Assembly: GCA_013239625.1 (NCBI GenBank)
Contig: MU054212.1
Span: 1,054,001 to 1,118,000 of the forward strand
Reading direction: 5' to 3'
Source: Lama guanicoe
Lineage: Eukaryota
Length of the DNA: 64,000 bases
Each line of letters opens with the position of its first letter. Positions within the stretch are counted from its first letter, which is position 1. Made by a program: the position numbers and the translations under genes. This document shows positions 55,213-64,000 of this stretch, in pieces. The notes beneath the pieces are model-generated. The model saw only the letters and a list, made by a program, of their open reading frames with translations. It was not told the DNA's origin and ran no database searches.

Positions 55213-57445
55213 ACAAAATAGAGTTTTCCCCGTCACACCATGTATAAAAGAGGCCACTTTTCATTTACTTTTAAACTACAGAATGTTATCTGGTTATGAC
55301 TTGGGTATGTGATTTTAAAATTAAACATGTTTCTTAAAAAACATTTTCTTAAAAAAAAAAAAAGTGTAGTTTTCCCCCAGATAACTTTGTTGATGGCACA
55401 TAGAACAGCCCGGAAAACCCTCCATTATTTCTTTGACTTTGATAGTGAATTGTGCTGCTTTTGTTGGGCCCGACTCCTTAATCACTCTCCTAATCATTTG
55501 GCTTGGATAAGCTTGGCACTTCAGTCCTTCACTGCGCAGGCTCAGAGGTGGCTGTGTGCTGTGGGAAGCTGCTTTAAAACTGGAAATGTATCAGGGAGAA
55601 TTGGAAGACATGGAGCAGTGGGGTGAATGGACCTGGGTACCTAACTGTCAGACCTATAGAGGGAATGATACTTCGTGAATGGGATACATCCACTGGGATT
55701 CCCGTGGAGCTGATTTCTGTCTCAAAAAACCAGATACGAATTTTATATTACAATCTAATTGGTAACAAGCTTCAAAAGGGAGCATTGCACTGATGCTGTC
55801 CAGTCACATGAGACCTCAGGGCGCTGTATAGAATACAGCAAGCATTTGTAGTACTTTCTAACTAAGATGCTTTCAGAATGGATTTTCCTTTGGAAAAATA
55901 TTCTTAACTATTACAAATCATGCTAAGAAAAATCCTCTTACATTTTATTTTCCTCGGCCACCATCTGAGGGAATAGGGCACTTTTCTTTCTAGACCCGTG
56001 GTCTAGAGTTGTTCCTTCTTGACTTCTGAGGACCCTTTTCCCTTTGCACACAGCGGATGTTCTCTTTAATGATGTTTGTTGAATGAATGGTGCAGGAACC
56101 AGGTGCTGAGAATGTCACTGTTCTTCCTTGTTTTCTTGGTGTGAGGAGAGAGAAATCTTTCAATCTCTTTGGTCAGTAAGTGGGAATGACTTTTATGCTC
56201 TTGTGCACGGGCAGGCCAGACATCCTCTTCTGTATTATTGCTGCAGCATCTTTCAAGTAGCTCACCGGGATAGTTTCTCATCTGAGTGGTGTTTAAAAAG
56301 TAAGATCAGTGTATTTGGAAAACAATTCATTGCACAGGAATCAAGTTAATCTTATGGATAGCACCATAGTACTCAGAGAACTTGAAAAACAGAGTAGTGA
56401 AAGTTGAGCCAGTTGCTCAGGAACCACAAGTGCAGTTTAATTGAGGTCTGCGTTCAGGTGATCGGTATCCCCTGAAATGTAAACATTTCAAGGCTTAATC
56501 TAGTTAGTACTGACTTTGGCATGTTTTAGTTTTTAACTCCGCTTCCATGAAACTGTTGCAAAGTTTATCATTTTTTCTTAGCAGAGCGGGGAGGAGTCAG
56601 CTAGGTAGAAGGAAGATTTCACTATATAAAATTTAAATGAGGTAATTAGTTCAGATAGCAAGAAAATGTGTGGTTCTCTTTGTCCTACTGGCCTCCTCTT
56701 TTTTTTTTTCAATTTTTGAAAAGGATGCCTTTAAAATCTTATTTAGATAATATAGACAGCAATGCCCAAATTGTTTGCATTTGTTTTTCGAAAACAATCA
56801 GACTGGAGAGTAACCTCAGCTTGATTGTCTCTCTTTCCTTCTTTTGGGGCATTTCGTTATTGGTGCTCTGGGCCCCAGCTGGGCACAGCTAGGCTCAGCT
56901 TGTCACTCAGTGAACAACTCACTTCCACATAAGCAGGCTTTGGCTTTTTTGCTATTGAATCACCCCATTATGCTGTTAGGTTGCCTGGATGATGTGTTCT
57001 GTTGAGAAATTGTTTCAAAGCAACAACTGAATCACGGGGAGTATTTAGAACAAGTAAATTGACTTAAATGATGTACTTTTCTGTCTGAAAGTTGTCTGAC
57101 TATAGAGAGAACGTCTTTGGTGACATTATGGAAGCAGAGATAATGATTTGTGCAGCTTAAGTCGTGACTGTTTGTCCCCTTACATACACTCCTTATCATT
57201 GACAACATCACCTTTAATCATACTGCCCCTTAAAACAAGTATTCGTTTTTTCTTGTCTGTACATACTGGAACATAATGTAGCCACAACTTTTGTTTTCAC
57301 AGTAGATGCTGTCAGGCATTTTTCTAGGTCATAATAGTCCATGTGGTTATTTTATGAGGCATTTATCCTATTGCAGACTTCTCCCCCCATGTTCAGATAA
57401 TTTTTAATTGTGGTTAAGTATACACGATATAAAGTTTACCATCTT

Positions 57446-57708
57446 TATTTTTATTTTTAAATTTTATTTTATTGAGTTATAGTCAGTTTATAATGCTGTC
57501 AATTTCCAGTGCAGAGCACAATTTTTCAGTTATACATGAACATACATACATTCATTGTCACATTCTTTTTTCACTGTGAGCTACCACAAGATCTTGTGTA
57601 TATTTCCCTGTGCTATACAGTGTAATCTTGTTTATCTATGCTATATATACTTGTCGGTATCTACAAATTTCGAACTCCCAGTCTGTCCCTTCCCACCCTC
57701 CTCCCCGC
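57446..57708 (-). mobile_element. Young 5'-truncated L1 3' end with perfect 16-bp TSD
   Basis: TAAAGTTTACCATCTT at 57430-57445 and 57709-57724; T-rich tail on the + strand, then L1 3'UTR similar to 43279-43530. Confidence 0.85.
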
Positions 57709-57799
57709 TAAAGTTTACCATCTTAACCATTGTTAAGAGTATATAGGTCAGTAGGGGAAGTAGACGCACATGGTTGTGCACTGCATCTCCAGATCTCTT

Positions 57800-57938
57800 A
57801 AACATTGTTTTTTAGTTTTTTTGGGGGGAGGCAGAGATAAATTAGTCTTATTCGTTCTTAGAGGAGATACCAGGGATTGAACCCAGGACTTTGGGCACAC
57901 TAAGCATGCACTCTACCACTTGAGCTATACCCTTCCCC
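57800..57938 (-). mobile_element. tRNA-derived SINE (camelid Vic-1-like)
   Basis: Minus strand GGGGAAGGGTATAGCTCAAGTGGTAGAGTGCATGCTTAG...CCTGGGTTCAATCCCTGG carries Pol III A and B boxes and an A-rich tail. TSD TCCAGATCTCTT (57788-57799) / TCCAGAACTCTT (57939-57950). Confidence 0.85.
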
Positions 57939-59979
57939 TCCAGAACTCTTTTTATCTTGTAAAACTAAACCTCTGTACCCCTTAAATGGCTCTACCTTCC
58001 CTCCTCCCCGCAACCCCCGGCAAACACCCTTCTACTTCCTGTTTCTGAATTCAACTGCTCTACGAACCTCAGAAGCAGAATCATACAGTACTGGTCTTGT
58101 GACTGGCTTATTTCATTTAATGTAATGTTTCAAGTTTCGTCCATGTTTTAGGATTTCCTTCCTTTTTAAAGGCTGAATACTATTCCTTTGTATATATGCA
58201 TAACATTTTGTTTATTGGTACATCCATTGATGGACACTTGGGTTGCTTCCACCTTTTGGTTATTGTGAATAATGCTGTACAAATATCTGTTTGAGTTCCT
58301 GATTTCAGTTTTTGGGGGGTATTTGGAATTGCTGGGTCATATGGTAACTCTACTTATGATTTTTTTGTGGAGCCATCATACTGATTTCCATAGTGGCCGC
58401 ATCATTTTACATTCCCACCAACCATGCCCAGGGGTTCTAGTTTCTCCACATCCTTGCCAACACTTGCTATTTTCTGTTATTTCAATAGTATCCATGCTCA
58501 TGTGTATGAGGCAGTATCTCATTGTGGTTTTGATTTAGCATTTCCAAAATGATTAGTGATGTTCAGCCTCTTTTCATGTGCTTTTTAGCCACTTGTGTAT
58601 CATCTTTGAAGAAATGTCTTTTCATGTCTTTTACCCACTTTTCAACCGGGTTGTTTGGTTTTTTGTTGAGTCATGGGAGTTCCTTATATAGTCTGGACAT
58701 TAACCCTTTGTCACATATGATTTGCAGATATTTTCTCCTATTCCATAAGGTGCCTTTTCACTTTGTTGATTGTCTCTTGTACAGAAGTGTTTTATTTGGA
58801 TGTCGTCCAGTTTATCTGTTTTTACTTTTTTGTTGCCTGTGCTTTGGTGTCATAGCAAAGAAACCGTTGCCAAATCCATCGTCTTGAAGCCTTTCCTCTC
58901 TGTAGACAGGTTTTTCTTTAAACCCAGGCTTTCCCTATTCTGGATAATGTTGCAGTGAGTGGCTTCATGAACTTAGCTTTTTTCTTCTGTTGGCACTATT
59001 TTACATGACTTTCAGAAAGAATTTTGTCCTCTTAGAGCCCATTTTTTGGAGATACTGGGTGGAGCAGAGATTATCACTTGTCCTTTAAGCCAAAGTTGTA
59101 TTCTTAAGGAATGGTGCAAGGCGTTTAGAGAAGCATTCAGTGATGTCTTGATCGGTAATTCTATGAAGTTGACTCCTGTGGTCCTCTGGGACTGTGATTT
59201 TTAAAACAGCATAGGTCACAGCAAAGGCACAGCCCTTTTAAGAGCAGCTGGGTGGTGGGGTGAGTTTATGTGATTATTTATTCAGTCCTCAGCTTTGAGA
59301 TCTCAGGGATATAGTGAGATGAGGTGACTGCCCTGGGATGACTAGGTCCAGATGGCCCTGGAATTCCCTGGTAATACACAGAGTCCAATCTCCCCACACA
59401 TTTGAAGGCGAGAACAGTTGTTTTGGAGAATTCTTCTAAGAATTCAACACTATATGAACGTGTAGAACATTTTCAGAAAAATCAAAGAAAGGCTTAAAAA
59501 ACTAGCCATTTGTCACTGTGTTTGGGACATAAAATTACATTTAAAGAAGTATACTTAGTTAGAGACTGTCTTGTAATATGCTCATTTATTCAGTGGAAAA
59601 GTATTCCTTTGAGAATCACATGTATGTATTCCCTCCCACTATGTTTTAGGAAACAAAATCTTCATCAGTCCAATTTTTAATGTGCTGGAGAAACTTTGTT
59701 TTTTAAATTTCCATGGCAATGTTCATAAATTTATAAATAGACCATCCATTGCTTCTTTGTATTTTCAACAGTTTTCCTGCTTAATCCTCTAATCTCAACT
59801 TATTTTTGAAATCTCAGTCATTTCATCTGTAAATACTTTCATATACACCTCCAAAAAATAGTCCTTAAAATGTGGCTGTTATACCATTGCTGTACCTAAA
59901 ACAAAAAAACAACTAATTCTCTTAAACGACTAATACTGATTCACTAATAGAATCAAATACCCATCAATGATCATTTGTT

Positions 59980-61330
59980 TTCTTTTTTTCCTTTTTTCTT
60001 TTTCATAAAGAAAACTTTACATACAATAAAGAAGGTACACATATATAAATATCACATTGTAACTACTCAGATCCAGATCACATTAAAGGATATTTCCAGC
60101 AATCCAGCATCCCCTCTCCAGCTCCTTCTCAGTCAGAATCCCTTGAAAGGCATCACTGTTCTGAACTCTGTCATCATTAGAGGTCAGAACAGTGGTTTTG
60201 AACTTCATATAAATGGAGTCATTCAGTATATACTCTCTTGTGTCTGATGTCTTTCATTCAACATTACACCTATGAGATTAACTCATGTTTTTGCATTTAG
60301 CAGTAGTTTTTTTTCTCATAGCGGTGAACTATTCCGTTGAATGAATATTCTGCTATTATTTGATCTGTTCTACTGTTGATGGACGTTTGAATTGTTCCCA
60401 GTTTGAGGCCACTATGAAGAATGCTTATTACCGAGCCCAGGCTCATACTGCTTGCCACGTGACAGGCCAGTAAATTGAGAGATAAGCTGTTGGGGCCAGG
60501 AGTAGCAACTTTATTTGGAAAGCCAGCAGACTAAGGAGATAGTGAACAGGAGTCCCAAAGAACCATCTTACCCTAGTTAGAATTCAGGCTTTTAAACTAA
60601 AAGGGGAGGGGCTGTGGTTGGTTGTTGGAAACTTCTTGGTGTCTGAATCCTTTTTTCTTGCAGCTGTCCACATAGGCCAGGCCATGATGTTCCTGTAAAC
60701 CTGGAGCAAAACAAATGTTATTCTCTGTTCTGCAACTTTTTAATCTTCTTATGAATGAACGGGGAAGTGTTACACTTTTAAAGGTCAGAGCCTTGAGAAT
60801 TGGGCTGTCTTGTATATTTCAGGCTATAGGCAAGGTTCTTTGTAGCAAAAGCAATAGAACACAAAGGTTTAGAATAAAAGAAACAGGTCCAGTATGGAGT
60901 CAGATTTGTTCTACCCTATTACACTGTTAACATACCATACATATCTTTTGGGAGCATAATTCAATTCTATTCTATGTATATATGTAACTAAGAAAGAAGT
61001 TACTGAGTCATAGACAGGCATTGCTTAGTCGATCAGGCATGTAGATGAGTTTTAGTAGAGCAGACGTATAGCTTTGGTAGATACTGTGAAGCAGTGTTTG
61101 AGTTCCAGTTACTCCACATCCTCACTAACACGTGGTATTACCAGTCCTTATAAGTACGGCCAATCTGAGAGTATAGGGGTATCTGAAACTGGGTTGCCAG
61201 TCATTTTTCACTCATTCATGGGAGTTCTTTATGTATTCTCAAGGTGAGCTCTTTGTTGGATATGTGTATTTGCCTTTTTCAATCTCTTAGGAGTGACCAG
61301 AAATTCTTAATTTTAATTGTTCGATGCCAG
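59980..61330 (-). mobile_element. Old L1 (L1ME/MC-like) interrupted by a solo LTR
   Basis: tttgaacttcatataaatggagtcattcagtat...ctactgttgatggacgtttgg...gttccagttactccacatcctcactaacac. Confidence 0.65.
60426..60923 (-). mobile_element. ERV1-class solo LTR (MER34/MER39-like), ~500 bp
   Basis: Minus strand begins TGTAATAGGG and ends ...GAGCCTGGGCTCGGTAATA (decayed TG...CA), with AATAAA near its 3' end (tttatt at ~60510 on +). Confidence 0.7.
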
Positions 61331-61388
61331 GTAATGTAGGTCTCCAACTTGGTTGGCCTTCTTCAGATTTGATTTAGTCATTCTAAAT

Positions 61389-61392
<4 letters not shown>

Positions 61393-61436
<44 letters not shown>
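61393..61436. repeat. (AC)22 microsatellite
   Basis: Read directly from the sequence. Confidence 0.95.
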
Positions 61437-61438
<2 letters not shown>

Positions 61439-61496
61439 CCCCAGGACCTCGTGCGTGCCAAGCATGCAGTCTATGACTGAGCTATAATCTCCCCCC
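61437..61496 (-). mobile_element. Truncated head of the same tRNA-derived SINE family
   Basis: Minus strand GGGGGGAGATTATAGCTCAGTCATAGACTGCATGCTTGGCACGCACGAGGTCCTGGG aligns by eye to the SINE at 57800-57938. Confidence 0.75.
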
Positions 61497-62824
61497 ACCT
61501 CCCTTCTTTTAAATGTGAGGTTTTTCATCACATGGTCTGTTTCACTTGCTCCTGCCTCCTTTGTTATGTATCTTCTGGTATTTAGGAAGGTTTGTGTTTT
61601 GGTTCTAATGCTTGCCTTTCTGCCTGGCCTTTCCACGGTGCCTCACTCGCCTCCCGTGTTGGTCGTTGCTTGTTGGTTCCTCGTGTGTGAACACACGGAG
61701 AGGAGCTAGGAGCTCTTCCTTCCCCTCTGGCATCAGTGTTGGAGGACTGACCCTTGTCCTCTTTGGGAACATTTCCAAATCTCCTAATTGAATAAGTTTT
61801 GTGTGGAAACACATGGGTGGGCCAAAATTGACTTAGATGAGATAAATTCATATAGGATTACCTGAATCATGTTGAGTTAAAAAAAACAATCAAGTGGATG
61901 AAACAAGTGAACATTGTTAGATTAAGCCTTTAAAACCCCAGGTAAAGAGCGCAGCATACACCTGCTTCTCAATCAGGTCGTTACTGAGCGCCTCATGCTC
62001 CCAGGTGCATGGGGTTTCTAGAGACAATGTTTCAAGGAGGGAAAGATGTTTCCATTGCGCTGATTTTTCACTTAGATGAAAAGATGGTACGTGAAGTCCA
62101 AATGGCCAGGCCAGGGCACCATGAATCATTCATAGCCTTGGCTCTCCGGAATCTAATTTTAGTCAGAAACAAGAAGCAAAGGTAGCAACACTGGGCCCTC
62201 AGTTCAGCCTCTTTCATCTCCCAGAAGGACAGAGGAAGCGCGGAAAGAGCGGAGACGGGGAAGCCAGGCTGATCAGCTCTTGACTGACATATGTCTGTTC
62301 GGGAAAGGCAGAGTTCTGTCTTTCATTCCTTCACAGATTTGTATTTGCTGGATGCCTGCTGTGTGTAAGGCAGGATGATGAGGGATAAGAAGCAGGAAAG
62401 AGCATTCTAGTGGGGACCCTGCTGGCAAACCAAGCGATCACGTTGTGGGCCGGGAGCCTGGGAAGGCACGTCCGTGTGGAGCTGCGGAGTGGGAAACAGC
62501 GACTGTCCCGGCGCGAGTGCAGGGAGGTGGGAGCCTGCGCAGTGCGCGCTGGGAGGCGCTGGTGGAGCTGGCTGTGGGGGGTGAGTGCTGCTGCGGGTTC
62601 TTCCCGAGGGACTTGACCTTCCTAATTCTTGCAGGTTCGAATACCCTGTTAAGCGGGGGTAAACAAACTCTTCTTTGCTGTAGCATGTGAGTAGGTGCCA
62701 AATAGGTGGAAGAAAAAATTGTGGCATAGGGTTAACATTTCAAATAAATTGAGTTTACTGATCCCTGCCCACAACATACCCCGCCCTCAAAGAGGAAAGT
62801 TCATGAGCATCTGAGCATTGGGTA

Positions 62825-62846
62825 TGTGTGTGTGTGTGTGTGTGTG
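62825..62846. repeat. (TG)11 microsatellite
   Basis: Read directly from the sequence. Confidence 0.9.
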
Positions 62847-63643
62847 CGCCTGCTGTCCCTCCCATGCACACCCCCAGCAAACACACACGTTCACTTGGGA
62901 CGTAACCTCAATTTCCAGTAAAGGACTGACTAAATACATGGTCATTATAAAAAAAAAAAGCAAAAGCAGTGTATTATTTACACAATGACAAAAACAGTAA
63001 AATTATTTTTAGGAGGCAGTTCTAACTTGCTTTCCCTTTGCTGCAATTTACGAGGATTTGGATTTTTGTATTGGTTGTGAATTTGAAGCAGAACGTTTAT
63101 TTTCTTATATTCTTTAAGTTGAATTGGTATCAGTTTCATTTGGCTTCATATTTGGCTTACATATAAAATTGGATAATGACTATTACAGTGGGGGATGACT
63201 GACTTGAGGGAGGCATTCTTAAAGTCTTTTGGATGGAATAAGTGAGTTTGCAAGGTCTGGCTTAGTGGTAAAATCCTTTACTCTAAAAATAATACTTGTT
63301 TTATGTGTATGAAGTTTTGAACATGTTTTGCATTTTAAAAATGAGTATTAATCGTCCTCCTTTGGCCATGTATCTGCAGATGTCGGATAGGTTTACTAAG
63401 GCAGTGTCTATTACAATATGACTTTCTGCTCCTTGCTTGGAAGACTTGGGGGCAGACTTTATCCTGGTAGACAGACCTGTGAACTTCCTTGCCTCTTTTA
63501 CTTTTTACTTAGGGTAATTTAATCAACTTGAAGACCTTAACAACTTCTGACCAATTATTAGGAATATACAGTATCCTGGCATAGCAAATTTTTTAAAAAT
63601 AAAGTTTTACAATAAAAATAATTTTATTTTGTTTTCTTAACAG

Positions 63644-63692
63644 AAATCATAGCCCATTAATGAGTTTTGGAGCCAGCTTTGTCAGTTTTTTG
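63644..63692 (+). CDS. TTC39C: TTC39C coding exon 2 (49 nt); gene continues beyond the window
   Basis: Acceptor ttttattttgttttcttaacAG and donor TTG|GTAAGT. The first base completes the split codon AG|A (Arg), then reads NHSPLMSFGASFVSFL, matching TTC39C as recalled. Confidence 0.95.
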
Positions 63693-64000
63693 GTAAGTTC
63701 ATGTGGGAAGGGGTTTTGGTGGGAAGAAAACAAATACATAATGTGTCTTTTAGTGGTTACTGGCTTTATACACTATTGAGGAAGATCTTTTACAGTTAAA
63801 AACAAATCAAATGGTTGCCTCTTAACACTATGAGATATCCTTCCCTAAGTTTAAACATAAAATGCTTATGTGTTACTTCTGGAGTATTATTTTCCCAGCC
63901 AAAATCCTTTTTAAAATAAACATATAATCAAAAGACCTTTTCAAAAATTAAAACTGCGTTAGAGTTGGGAATGAAAGACTTTGGATAATAAAGGTCTGCT

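Larger units (their letters stand above)
57400..58900 (-). mobile_element. Older L1 (L1MB-like) 3' portion hosting two later insertions
   Basis: aattgtggttaagtatacac...aaagtttaccatcttaacc...aaggctgaatactattcc...gatggacacttgggttgcttccacc...tttggtgtcatagcaaagaaaccgttgccaaatcca. Confidence 0.85.

Noticed and set aside
57860..57938. tRNA-like sequence with A and B boxes
   Set aside because: It has an A-rich tail and a TSD, and a related copy lies at 61437-61496, so it is a SINE rather than a tRNA gene.
63598..63616. Two AATAAA hexamers just upstream of the exon 2 acceptor
   Set aside because: Expected in very AT-rich intron sequence; no evidence of use.

Overview
Mammalian genomic DNA, very probably a camelid, inferred from two tRNA-derived SINE copies resembling the camelid Vic-1 family. 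The window holds the 5' end of TTC39C on the + strand: a CpG-island promoter (~26.55-27.95 kb), coding exon 1 (27347-27513), a 36,130-nt intron 1 and coding exon 2 (63644-63692). About 14 kb upstream lies a full-length processed RPS2 retrocopy with one 1-nt frameshift. The rest is intergenic/intronic DNA rich in L1, L2, MIR, MaLR/ERV LTRs and MER/Tigger DNA transposons, several nested with readable target-site duplications (TSDs). Almost all ORFs in the track are spurious. I see no convincing novel biological system. The best leads are two candidate alternative TTC39C first exons/promoters, an RPS2 retrocopy one base from an intact ORF, and a four-level transposon nest. Repeat family names and human protein comparisons come from my recall of the sequences, not from a search, and repeat boundaries are approximate unless TSDs are cited.
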